This document shows, piece by piece, positions 22,977 through 36,196 of a DNA stretch of 56,242 bases. How positions within the stretch are numbered: position 1 is the first letter of the stretch; each line of letters begins with the position of its first letter. The DNA is from Chromera velia (Eukaryota). The notes beneath the pieces are model-generated. The model had not been told where the DNA came from, ran no database searches, and saw nothing but the letters and a program-made list of their open reading frames with translations. Position numbers and translations under genes: made by a program. The stretch is from assembly GCA_018398765.1 (NCBI GenBank), contig JAHBMJ010000110.1:1-56242 (forward strand), given 5' to 3'.

Positions 22977-23394
22977 ATTAATTGAAACTAAAAAAGATTT
23001 GCTGTCAGTTCATCGTATGTGCTAGTGCATGCTTACACTAGTAATTTAAATCAAGGCCTAGATCAAGGCCGTAAACGTATATATAAATTCAAACGCTCTT
23101 GTAGGCCTCAATATATCTAACCGCAACAATACAATACAAAAAAAATACAATCAAATCAAGATATGTAAAAAAAAAAAATATTAATACACAGTACACGGTT
23201 AGGAGTAGTAACTTGGTGGTGGTATCAAGTGTTGTTCACATTAATAACAAGTGTTTCTTTGATACAACACCAGTTATTTTGTTTTATTCAGTAATAAAAC
23301 TGGTAAAAAAAATCTTTTTGATGTTTTAAAATATATCAAAATATAAATAAATATTAAAGCAACACAATTACAGTTCAATTAGTAAAGCATCATC
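22977..23394. other. AT/TpA-rich island downstream of the WD40 giant
   Basis: 10/60 G+C in 23281-23340; A-tracts and short local duplications (atcaaggcc x2, aatac repeats). Confidence 0.85.
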
Positions 23395-23480
23395 ATGCCG
23401 TCTTACCTGCAAACAGAACGTGTATGCGGCCTTCCACCTCTGTCTGTGTATGTGTGTCAGATAGATAGAGAGAGAGAGCA

Positions 23481-23521
<41 letters not shown>

Positions 23522-25254
23522 TCGCTAGTGCTTGTGTGTTCGCATGTCGGTTTCTGAACTGTTCATTTCCTTCTGAACCGTTTTTCCGCCCTTCATGGCC
23601 ACTGCAGAGCCAGAGGGCGCATCCATCCAGGTTTTGGAAAGCCCACAAAGTCTCTGAGTGAGAGACTGCAGCAATGAAATCTGTCCGTCAGTCCTCTCCT
23701 TCCTCCCTTGCTTCCTCGACAAAGGGAGCAGAGACGGTCTACGGGTGAGTGTGGAACAAAAGGATCAGAACTGACTGGTCATTGAGCACTCACTTGTACG
23801 AGTAAAGAGAAATAAACTTGAATGGAAATGAATAAATACAGCGAGGTCATGCATGCCGCGACGCCCTTTCTCAATCGGAATGTCGCACCGATGTCACAAC
23901 GAGAGAGAGGGAAGAAGCCCACCAACCAACCAATTAAGTGAAAAAAGAAGAAGAGGAAACAAAAAAAAAAACATGTTTCTGTCTTGTCCTGTTCCCCCCA
24001 ACCGACCTGCATGTCTTTCTCAGTCATCCTCGGTCTATTTCCGAGGGCCTATTTAGGTGCTATCAATTCTCTCTCTCTCTCTCTCTCCGTCTCTCTCCAA
24101 CGGCCTCTCTCTTTGTCCCGATACCCTGACTTAATTCTCTTCTTTGCACCACAACACAAAGCTGAGAGAGAAGAGAAGATGCATGCAGCAATGCAAAAAC
24201 AGAACAGACAAGAAAATTAAGTGTTCAGAAGCAGACGGATGAGAGAATGAAGGAATGAGACGAGAGAAAAAGAAGCCAGAAGTGCCTCCATGCATGCACT
24301 GAAAGAATGCAAACAATTAATAGAATTGACATGCAGGAAAAGCAAAACAAAATCGCGCCGCGCTCCCTTCTGACGATGACGACCCTTTTTGGGTCTCTTT
24401 CTCTCGCAATTCACATTCTCCTTGAAAGGTTTCAACTCAACTCAATTCAATTCCTCCTCCAGGCCCTCTGTCTCTGCCCCATTTTTCAAGAAAGAGCCCC
24501 CCCCCCCACGCTTCCTCTTCGACCGCAGCACACGAGTCAATAAAGAAGAATAGACGGTAACTTCTGTCTGCTGATTCCTTCTTTTAGCTCCCCCGCAATG
24601 AGAGCAGAGACGGAGGCATGCAAGTTGACGATCGATCGACCGGCCTGACTGCATGGCCGGGTGGATACTCCGGGAGGGACAGGAGGGGAGAGGAAGGCAA
24701 AATTTAAAGAAGAACGGGAGAGAGGGCAAGGAAGGATTCCTCGAGTCCTTTTGCCTAGGTGCACTTTATGTGTCTGTCTATGTTTGAAGAGAAGAGAATG
24801 AGTCTCGAAGCAGCAAAACAACATTCAACTGTCCGCATGAGCATTCAGACAACAGCAAGTGAGACGGGCTGGAGGCGGAAAGAAAGACCCACATGAACAC
24901 ACAGGCAGGCAACACGCACAGCAATGCAACACATTGAAAAGGCACGCACACTGACATAATTGAGGTACGAAGGAATCACGCAGGCACGCACTCACGCAAA
25001 AAGGAGAATGAATGAATGAATGAAGACGGGGAGGAGAGCAGCAAGAAAGTGCTACAAAAAACACAGCACAGTTGAGTGAGTGCAGAGAAGAGGAAAGTAC
25101 AAATCGAGTCGTCATCGAGGAATGAATTCATGCAGCCGCGTGCTAAATAAGATGGTAAACCGGCGCGTCTCTCTGTTCTCCCTTCGTTCGTGCCTGCCTG
25201 CACATTTCCTTCGAAGTGGATCACTCCCGGATATCCTGCTTCTTCCTTAATTGC

Positions 25255-25287
<33 letters not shown>

Positions 25288-26195
25288 GTGTGTGTGTGTT
25301 TTTTTTTGGGGGGGGGGTCTCTGATTCCGGCCTCTACCTGCATTCTTTTCTTGCATGCTTAATGAGGTTCTCCTATCCATTCATTGGTCTAATTGAGCTG
25401 TGTGTGGGGTTGGGGTGGGTGGGTGGTCGTGTCTATCGAGAAGAAAAACTGTGTTTACGTCAAAGCTGTGGGTGCGGTCCTTCAAGACGAACAACAAAGA
25501 CAAACAGACAGACAGACAGACACACAGAGAAACAGCACTGTCCCGATCATGCGTCGACATCACTCACGGTGGTGCACGGGCGGAGGCTACCGTGGAGAGG
25601 GAACCGGGAAGAGTTTTGGAATTATAAGGGGGGTAAAGAGGGGTGGAAACGAAGAAAAGGCAGAGAGTTCGAATGCAGTGCGACTTAATGTGAGGCCGTC
25701 TCTTTCTCTCTCTGTTTCCTTTCGATGAATCATTTGCTGTCTGTCGGTTTTCGTTCAAGGACGGGACGGTCAGTCTAGTTTTTTTCTATCACAAATGCAT
25801 GCATGTGTGGATAAATCGTCGGCAAGAAAGTCAAAGGGGGGGACGGGGAGGAGGGACGTAAGCAAATGAAGAAAAAAGGATGGAGGGAAGGGCGAACGGG
25901 CGGAAGACAAGACAGATAGAAGGAACAAAGAAAGGCAGAGTTGAGCCATGCTCTTCCTCTGTCTCTGTCTCTGTCTGTCTGTCTCCACCCCCTTCCACCA
26001 ATTGTTCATGATATGAAAGGACGATGAAGAGATGACTTTTCTGCCTCCCTCGAAGTCTCCCTCGTCTTCTCTCTCCCTCCTTCTCGTGTATAGCAAACAG
26101 ACCAACCAATCAAGAAAGAGACCAATCGAGAAAGAGAGAAAGAGAGCGACACAGAGAAACGGAGAGAAAACGCCAGGCTCCTCTCCCCCCTTCTC

Positions 26196-26678
26196 TCATC
26201 CTGCTGCTCTCACAAGAATCTTTCCTTTCACAGGTCTTCCCCCCTTCCTATACGCTTCCTCGAGGAACCCCCTGCTCATCTGGCAGCTCTCCTCGTCGTG
26301 CCACTTCTCGTACACAAGAGAGGCGAATGCCAACGCATCTTCAATGGCTCCATCCACGCACTGAAGAGGGACAAGGCCCCAGTTGGCCCAGGCCTGGTGT
26401 TCGGGGTGCAGACGGGCGAGGGTCGCGGACCTGCATGAAGACAAACACAAAAACGGAGGCAGGGGAAAAGAAAGAAAGAGCAAATTGGCGACCGCTGCAA
26501 TTCCGAACGCTGACTCACTCACTGATTTTCTCTCTGACTCACTCACTCACTCACTCAAAACCCCATCGCCCCCCAACACACACGTCTACACACAGGGAGA
26601 CAACAAAAAGGTGAAGGGCGCGTTGGTCGAACTTGAGGTCTGCCTGCCTCCCTTTCCTCAACGAAGCACGCACACACA

Positions 26679-26730
<52 letters not shown>

Positions 26731-26740
26731 AGCACACACA

Positions 26741-26796
<56 letters not shown>

Positions 26797-26904
26797 GAGA
26801 GAGAGACAGACAGAGAGAGGGAGAGAGAGAGGGAGAGAGAGAAGGAGAGAGAAAGAGAGATAGAAAGGAGCACGTACAGAACACACACACACACACATAC
26901 ACAG

Positions 26905-26952
<48 letters not shown>

Positions 26953-28870
26953 GGAGGGAGGGAGGGAGGGAGAGAGGGAGAGAGAGACAGAGAGATAGAA
27001 AGGAGCACGTACACAACACACACATACACACAGAGAGAGAGGGGAGGGNNNNNNNNNNNGGGAGAAGAAGACGAAGAAGAAAAACGAAAGAAACCAGAGC
27101 CAGACCTGAGTTCTGCCTCCCTCCCCTCGGGAAAGCAGGGAAAGAACCTGAGGACGTTCCCCGACGCCGTCTGCGCAGAGACCCTCACAGACGCCGCTGT
27201 GGAATCGAAGGAGACCCCAGAGAGAGCCAACAGCTTTAGCCTCTCTCTCAACTTCCGTGCCGCCATCTGCAGAGAAATGAAACTGACGGGACCGGAGTGA
27301 CCACACAGCACGTCGTCACTCCCTGTCCCTGCTGGTTGTGTGGTCTGGCCCTGTCTGGCAGATGACTGTGCGGGTGCCTCGGTGGGCGGGTTCGTGTGTG
27401 GCTGTCCTGTGGGGTCACTGCGCTCTGCCACCTTTCGGTCACTGTCACTCTTCCCTCCAGTCACTGCAGAGACAGCCAAAGCAACGGTCCGACCCCTCGT
27501 TTTCGGCTTGGAGAAACGACTGGGCTTCGACTTCGCTTTGGGATCTGCTCGCGCAACTCGCCGCTGGCCCCCGCCCCCTGTTCCTGCGGGTGCTATGAAG
27601 AGACTGGGGGAAGGGGGCTCTCGAGTCTCTGTGGGGTCTTGTACTGTGTGGGAGAGGGGAGCTGTGCCTTCTCTGAGTCGGAGTCCTTTCTGCTTCTGTT
27701 TCGCCTTTCCCTTTGCCTTCGGAGGCCGCCCTCTCCTCGACACTGTGGGAGCTGCAGCTGCCGTCTGGTCCACAGGGGGGAGCTCAAAACCCGCACCTGT
27801 AGATAGAAGGCAAAGGGAAAGGGAGAAACAGGCAGGTTGGGGGGGGTCACTGAAGGGGCAAACGAAAAGAGGCGTGTATATTGAAAGGGGGAGACAAAAG
27901 CGCACAATACGATCAGAAAAATAGACGAATAAGCACAGGAAGCGAGCCGCACTGGTAAGCGAAGGACAAACTTTCTAGAGCTCTGCATGTCAATTGAAGT
28001 GAGGGATCGAGAGAGACGTGTCGCTTCCATGAGCCCCCCCTTGCTTCCTTTCAGTTGTTTGAAGTTCTAGACCGAAATCGAATTTCCTCCCTCCTTCCTT
28101 CCTTCCCTCCCAGCACGATCGAAGGAGGGAAGTTTCTCTCGAGAAAGGTTCGCTTCTGCATCTGCACCAAATGCCTGAAAGACTTTCACTGGCTGGCTCA
28201 CCTTCTGTAAGAGGAGCGCGAAGTCTAGTGCACCCTTCTATGTCTGCAGTTGCTGCGATGGCATCTGCTTCCCCCTGCGAGGGTCCGACCGCCCTGCTGA
28301 GGTCCCTCTCGAGGGCGGCATTGACAAGGTCGGGGACCATGGGGTCGTCGTTGAGGTCTGTAAGGGGGGCTTCTGGGTGTGTCTCGTGGTTCGGTTCTGC
28401 TTCGTCAGTAGGAGCAGTGCCTGCAGACAGGAAGGAAGGAAGAGACTTGCCGAATGTAGACGGAGAGGAACGGTGAGTAGCGAGGGAAGACGAGGCAACT
28501 AACCACCAGGAGGCCAGGCAGGAGCACGAAGAGGCAGCTGTCCGACTGGTGAAGAGGCTGGGAGGCTTCGATTGAGTGTGGCAACAGAGGAAACGGAAGG
28601 GTTCCTTTCGGAGACGCTTCTGAGAATCCTTCCCATCTCTTCGATCTCCCCGCGGCGTTTGTTCAGGACCGGGTTTCGAAAAACAGAAGCCGTAGAGGGT
28701 GCTGATGAAGCTAGGGGTGAAAGTCCTAGATGCGCACGGTAGCCTGGAAGGCACAGGTCTCTCTCAAGTCTTTGCAGGTAGCCTGGAGGGTAACCTTCGA
28801 AAGGATCCCTCTGATTCGGCTGCTGTTGAGGCTGGAAAAACAAATTCGCGTTTCGAAAGGGACCTGCCAT
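26196..28870 (-). CDS. AT-hook protein with a possible degenerate AP2-like C-terminal domain (~503 aa); exons 28870-28504, 28420-28202, 27796-27106, 26430-26196
   Basis: Three phase-consistent GT-AG introns give 504 codons from ATG 28870 to TGA 26196. AT-hook core RRGRPPK at about 27717-27737. LSGVSFDS...VRVS...LRFFP...AIEDALAFA resembles the three-strand-plus-helix AP2 layout. Further 3' exons cannot be excluded. Confidence 0.6.
26666..27059. repeat. Compound (CA)n/(GA)n intronic microsatellite with internal duplication and an N gap
   Basis: Alternating CA and GA tracts; agagatagaaaggagcacgtac occurs twice; Ns at 27049-27059. Confidence 0.9.
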
Positions 28871-29029
28871 CCTCAAAAATTCGTCTTCAAGGCTGCCCTT
28901 CTCTGGTTCAAAAGCTCAACTCACACTTGACTCGGTTCTCTGGAAGAGGAAGCAGACCAATGAGGGGCTGTCAAAGTCTTGCGAATGTTTTCCAAGGTTG
29001 CACAGAAAACAATTTGTTCAAGAGATGAT

Positions 29030-29900
29030 CGAACATTCATGCATGATATACTCTTGAGCATGCCGTGGCCCCGGTGAAGGATGATAAAGGGGGAATGTCA
29101 CCCGGCATGAGATCACTTAATAATGACACTAATAACTACCCTACATATAAAAAAAACTACAGAGTTTGAAAGAGAACATCCAGCTTAACTTAGCTTAACT
29201 CAGTGAATTGAATTGAATTTAACTTATCAATCAATCAATCAATTAACGTTGTTGCTAAAAAAAAAAACAAAGCGCTATTGTAGGAACAAACTGCTTCGTA
29301 TGGTGCCGCCAAACATTACCAAACGCTAGAAACCTAGAAATAAATTGATACTAAAGTTAGCAAAAAAACAACTATGAAGGGGTTTTTGATCTTGATCTTA
29401 TCATGTGAGTGATAATGAATCGACGATCGTGCCTTTTCTGGTGAACAAAGAAACGTAAAGTGTAAAGAACGTCACATGCAAAGGCTGAAGCCACATGTGT
29501 ATAACAAAAAGGTTGATTGAAAACGGCCTGAAAGAAATTCTAGGCAGGCCACGGGGTGTGGTCTGAGCCTCAGTGATGGGGCACACCCCCCTGCCGTTTG
29601 CGGGGGCGACCTCTACAAGACAAAACGGCGACAGTGCTCAAGGGTACCACTAAATCACTTATCACTTAATAGCGATAACCTACAATGATGTTGATTATAC
29701 CCCTTGGTCATTATTAACTCGTTAAACTGCGTTGAACGAATTCTTATTGTGGGATTTAGAGTTTTCTTTTTTTTTTAAGGTGGTTGACAGCTTGCAGTAT
29801 TAAATTTTAGATCACACTTAGTTACTTATAAGGTATAAACAGTCTCCGGGCCTCATTCTCTCCCCCTAGAGAAGTGGAGAGCAATTTAAAGCAAGTTGCC
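29030..29900. other. AT/TpA-rich island between the cyclin 3' region and the AT-hook gene 5' end
   Basis: AT-rich with A/T tracts and short duplications (gcttaact x2, tgaat x3, atcactta x3); contains a GC-rich patch at about 29540-29640. Confidence 0.8.
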
Positions 29901-31179
29901 CAGAACAAAAAATAGGTGCGCACATGCATTCATCAATGTAATGGCGACGGGGAAAACGAGCAAAACATCTTCTGAGAAGGACAGGCTGGAGTGGACGTAT
30001 CAGAGGAAGAAAAAGGCACAGCTTTTGACAGCATGCACGCCGTCATCCTTCCTTCTGCTGATTGCATGATGATCCCATATGATCCCGTGATGATCCACGG
30101 TTTCTTCCTGTGACTGATCCCAGCTGGTGCTCTCCTGCCTTAATTCAATCGGTCGCTGCTCTGAGAGTTGTTTTCTCTCGTTCCCTCCTCCTCCTTCCCT
30201 CTCTTACTTGTCATCTTTCCTACTAACCCTACGACCATGCTTGACGTTAGTTGATGTATGTGGGAATATATGCAGGCCTTAATCTCTTAATTTTTGAGAA
30301 TCCATGCATGCCCCCCGGCTCTCCACACGGAATTATCTGACGACCCGGAGCTCTCTGTCTCTGCCCCTCTGCAAGGGCCTCTGCCCCTCTCTCTCTTGGA
30401 TCTCTCATGGGACAGAAAGAGAGATGGAGTGGGAGGGTCTCAGAGCTGGCTGGTCCGTCGGACAGCAACTCCATACGTCAATCAGAGGACAAAAAAAGAC
30501 AAACTGGGAGAAGGGACAGCGAGCTAGGGACAGGAGACGGAGAAAAGACAAAACAAATGTGTAAGGGGGACCCGTCGCCCTTCCTTCTCGTTCCTTCTGC
30601 GATCTCCTTCTCGGCCTGCAGCTAGTGCGTGCCACTGACTCTCCTGAGCTCTTGCCTTCAAACAGTCGTCCCGCCTGTTGTGACAATCATGATTGCTCTC
30701 TCTCTCTCTCTCGTTCTCTCTGGTCTAGTCTCCGGTTCTCTCCAGCATTCCTCTCTCACTTGTCATCTTTCCATCACACAGAAAAGGCTCGGGCCCTGCT
30801 CAATGAGCCACTATGTGATACAAAACACATGAGAACGCACTGCCAGGAAATACAAAACCAACGATCCCCCCCTGACGGAATTCATGAACGCATCTATCAT
30901 CATCGATATGTGCGGCGCCTGAAGGAGACCCTTCACTGAGTTCATTCCTCCTAGCTATCCCTTCCCCCCCTGTATTGAATTCCATCTGCAGGCCCCTCTT
31001 TCTGATTCATGCACCCCCCCAGGCTCCACTGGTCCCCTCCATGGTAGGAAGATCAGTCGTCCCTCCACCGTTCGACTATTTGCCAGACGGATCAAAAAGG
31101 CCTTCACCACTCGTGATCCCTTTGCCGGCATGATGATCAAATCGCCCTAGCTCCTCCGCCGGACGGAGGGAACGACGCG

Positions 31180-34100
31180 TCATCGTTCGCCCTCGTGGCA
31201 GCACCATCGATCAATTTGAAACGACCGTCCACCATCCCACCCAACGCGAGAATCGCCAACCGCATCTCCATCATCCCATCCCATCATCACACCCATCCCT
31301 CCCGCCTGCCCCACCCCCATCCATTGGCAAGCCTGCCCCGACTCCTCACCACTCCACCCCAATGGGCCCAACGGATCGTGCAGCAGCACGTTGTTCCCGT
31401 TCCCGCCCTCTACATCGACCCTCATTCCGAAGTTACCACCAGGTCCTGCAGAAGTTATCTGCCATGGTGCAGCCACTCCCATCTCGGGGGGGGTGACCTC
31501 AGGCTGCCCGTTGTGCTGGCTGAGCCCATTGGCAAGCATTCCCTCGGCAGAGAAAGTCCCCGGTGCCGCTGCTGCTGGCAGAGGCACATCGAGCAGTCTT
31601 GCTTCTTCACACAGTGACTGCGGGCAGGTGCAAAAAAGCAAACCGGTGTATACGGGGGAACCCTGAGCCTCTGTGACTACGAGCAGGTGCAAAATAGCAA
31701 ACCGGTGCATACATGGTGCATACGGGAGAACCCTGAGCCTCTGTCTGGGGCGGGGGGGCAATAGGGCCACTGGCAGGGCCTGGGCCGAAAAAGGCGATAT
31801 GGATGCCATTGGGCGGGGGGGCTGGCTCAGGGGACGGGCCTGACGACTGAGTCTGGCTTTCAGAAGAAGACAGGGAGAAAGATGAAGACTCTGATTCCTC
31901 GCCCTTCTCCTGAGTAAGAGCGACAGACACAGAGAGAGAGGCCAGGGCATCAGGAGCCGACAGAGAAAGATCTGCCAAGCTTGCGCTGTTCGGCACACCT
32001 CTCAGACTGTACGGTTTTGGCTTGGCAGGGCTGCAGAAATCTGCGTCGGTCATAGGGGAGGTTTCCTTGTTACCGTCGTCTCTCATGGCCTCAGCCATAG
32101 CCGCCACCCTCTCTACTACTGATGCTGAGAATGGCTGACAGTGTGAGTTGAGGTGGGAGGACGAACTTCAAGACGCGGAAGAAGAGGACACAGACGGAAA
32201 CGTCAAACGCATCGCAGTGAGTAGTTTAGAGAGACGCTCTTTATCTCTCGCCCAACCGCCTATCCCAATGTACTGCTCTTCTTCTTCACTCATCTTTGCA
32301 CTCCCTTAATTCTCTTGCCATCTCCGTCTCCTTCCTGCTGAGGGCCCCCTGGCTCCCCTCTGGGAGAAGGAGAGAATGACGCCAGGTGCTGCTTTTCAGA
32401 GCAGAGGGCAGGGCAGACACAAGAGCCGCTGCCAGCTCTCTCTCTGTCGGGGGGGCCCTTCTCTTTAGGGCGTCCCTCATACCCTTTGCACCTACTGTCG
32501 GGGCTCCAAAAAGGAAGCCAACGTCAATGCAAAGAGTGTCCGACCCTACCGCTGCAGAAACGTCAACAGCCGGTATCAGCCGGTGCGACACGCTCCTGAG
32601 AGACGAGGATGTCCATGAGGTTCGTAATCGCCCTTTCGACCTTCCGGCTCTTGTTGCAGTCCGTCCTGTCGCGTCCTGTCCTCAGCACTCAGTCCAACAG
32701 CGCCAGCAGGATCAGAAGCTGCTGTCAGTGACACCGCAGCCCACAGAGACCGCAGACGAACTGCCCCCTCGAACATCTCGATCGGGGACACGAGCATCTG
32801 GGCGTCTTCGATGAGGGCAGCAACCTGAATGTATGTATGCTTGCATGCATGCATGGGTTCATTCATCCATGTTTAGGAAGACTCCAGAGTGCCAAAATAT
32901 TTCTGTGCGGAATATGGCCTAATAATTGCATGTGCAGATGGATGCCTTGCTTCTGCGTGCATCATGTGATAGCGCTCGTTGGAGAAAGGATGGTCGTAGA
33001 AAGAAAACTCACGCAAAGGAAACAGCCAAAACTGTTTGGAAAGAAAGGCAAAAGCATTGGTCCACAAAACAAGTCACTCATTGAGTCAGAAAGAAAAGAA
33101 GAAAGACTATCACCGTACGGGCACATACACATCATAGAAGGACTCCAGCCATACTCCAGACTCACGTTTGTGTCCATCCCCTGAGGCTCGCTCCCCTTCA
33201 AAGTTGGCGACCAGAGCAACAAGGAGTGCCCCAACTGCAGTCTCAGCATGCAGGTTGCCGCTTGCCTGTGGGAAACTCAAAGAGGGACAGACGACAGAGA
33301 GCTTCGGCCAAATACCTGCAAAAAGACAGCAAAGATGTTGTGGAGAGAATTTCAAACTGCGTACTTACTGCGTACCTTCAGCGCACCAAAATGAAGCAGG
33401 GACTCCGAGTGGAAAAACAAAAAGGATGACTGACTGAGTGACTGACTTTAACGGAAAACGGAGAGGCAAGGGAGGAGAAAAGGACACAGTACACAGAAGG
33501 AATGAAGGAAGAAAGCGCGGCATAAACGAAGAAAGGAGGGCACAGAGAGACAAAAGACTCTTGTGACGAATGGAAATGAGTGGAACAAAGAAAAGAGGGG
33601 ATTGCGGGAAAGAGGCAAGGAAAGAGACTGACGAGCTCGGAGAAAACACTTACAGGTCTGTAGATGTGTCGTTCTCGATCGTCTTTCGCAGACAACGGAA
33701 AGCCAGACCGTGGACAAAGTCTGCGGCTGAAGGAACAAGAAGCCGAAACCCCACTAGCTCGATCATCCAGACCTCAAGCAGCTGGTGGACGGCCTTCTGT
33801 GAGTCCTGCACAGACGCACTATGCGCATCGATTAGGGTATCCACTGTATGTTTAGGCTTCTATGGGCTTCTCTTTCTCTGTGCATGCATGCCAAACAACA
33901 AGAGAGAGAGCTCATGTGTACGGATGATGGCACATGCACCAAGAGAAAGGAAGACATGCCGGGCACGCGCTTGAGCAAAACCAATACTCCCGATGCATAG
34001 CTAGATGGATTCATATGGCTGTATGCCAAGTAAGTGTCGCACTTGAGACTACCAGCTTGCAAAAATCTATAAAAAGTTTAGGGAGCTGTGCGGCGTAATA

Positions 34101-35998
34101 ATTGATGGGTGGAAGAAGGGTCTTGAATGGCCGGCAGCTTAATATACAAAGAATACGACCCACGACGTACATCAACGTACCTTGATGGCTTTGTGCACCG
34201 TGATGAACTTCCGCACATCCTTCCTGGAGATGATCTTTGTGGACAGAGAGGCCGCCACGGCGCGTGCGATCACCGGAATTGCCAGCACCATGTCTATTTC
34301 CTTGAATCCTCTGCATACAAATGCAAATTAGAGGGAGAGAGGGAGGGAGGGAGGGAGGCCATGATTGGATTCTCACAATCACAACAACTAAGCTATTATG
34401 TACAGGTTGAGAGCGCTCAGAAAGATGAGACCAAATTGGAAGAAACAAGCCTTAGGAAGGGAAGAAGGAAGGAGGGAAGAGACAGACAAAAAAAAAACGA
34501 CTGCGACGAAAGACAGACTATATCCTCTTTTCTTTTCCTTTTTCTCTTTCTTCATTCTCTTCTGTTTCTTTCTTTCTCTTTTTAGCGCTCTCTCTCAGTG
34601 AAAGACAGACAGACAGACAGACAGCAAAACAACCTCTAGCTACACTCGTGCATCCTTTCTCTACATCGCTGTACATCCACCCTCTCAATCACCAAGTCTG
34701 CTTTGCTTGAGTTTAAACCATGTAGACGGACGGAGACAGACAGCAAAAAGACCGCCTGCCCACTTACCCACCCACTCAGTTACTCAACCACTGACCCAAT
34801 CACTCACTTATTCTCTCACCCACTCACCCACTTACCCTCTCACCCACTTACGTACTCACCTACCTATACGCTCACTCAAGACCATACTCAGTCGCTCACT
34901 GACTCAATCACTCCCTAACTTTCTCACCCACTTCCCTCTCACTCACTTACTCTCTCACCTATCCGCTCACATATTCACAACCATGCTCACTCGCTCACTG
35001 ACCCAATCACCCAATCACCCACTTACTCTCTCACGTACCCACTTACTCACCCACCCATCCGCTCATATATTCATAACCATACTCACTCGCCCACTGGCCT
35101 CATCACTCACTTATTCTCTCACCCACTTACTCAGTCACTCACCTACTCACTCACCTACGCACCCACCCACCGACTCACTGTGTGTCCACGTTCAAACCGG
35201 TACCGTTCAAACCAACCCGACCAACCCAATCACTCACTCACGTACCGTTCGATCATGTCCATCAAGACCGCATCGATGAAGTACATGGCGAGGAAGAGAA
35301 CCTCGCGATCGATATGCAGTTTGTCCAATTCCGATCCCCAATCAGAGAGCTCGCTCATCCTGCAGGCAGACAGGCAGGTAGGCGGAAAGGTAGGCAGTCA
35401 CTATGGAATCATTCATGCAGAAAGGGGCTTGCATGCGCAAGCATTGCTCGAGAACATGTGCAGGATAAGTGAGACAGCTCGATCGTGTGCATGGTCTCTG
35501 ATGCAGCTGCTGGGCGGCCTAGCTGGAATTTAAGTGGATCAACTTTTCTACTATGGCCGGTACACGGTATTCTGTCTCCGCAACTCTCCTGGATGGAAGG
35601 AAGTCGGGAATTGATGTATCATGACATTTTTCACTCAAATCTCTCCTCCCCTGCAGAAGGAATGGATGAGAGGAGACGCCTTAGACCAAAACGATGGGAG
35701 GAGGTCCTGGAGGTGGATGGCAAGAAGAAAGCGATTGCATGCATGGGGCAAATGTGCACGTACAGAATTGAGGATAGAAGAGACGGCTTGTCAATGAAGC
35801 GGAAATTGCAACGTCGGTTAATTTTCTTTCTACGGTACCATAAATATGCTGTCGAGCAGGCAGGTGCTGAGACCGACAGAGACAAACAAAAAGAATAGCA
35901 CACAGTGAAACCCACACGCCCACACAACACCCACCTATCTAGGCACCCACCCACCCCCCCACAGAGACAGAGACAGAGAGAGAGAAAGAGAGAGAGAG

Positions 35999-36043
<45 letters not shown>

Positions 36044-36154
36044 GAGAGACAGAGAGAGAGAGACAGAGACAGAGAGAGAGACAGAGACAGAGAGAGAAGA
36101 CAGAGAAAGAGAGGGAGAGAAGAGAGAAAGAAAGAGAGAGAGGGAGAGAGAGAG

Positions 36155-36196
<42 letters not shown>

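Noticed and set aside
26383..27306. ORFs with THTH/ERER or VCVC/LSLS runs
   Set aside because: (CA)n/(GA)n intron repeats spanning an N gap.
30247..30690. Short ORFs between the cyclin and island 3
   Set aside because: No recognisable domain or consistent exon chain.
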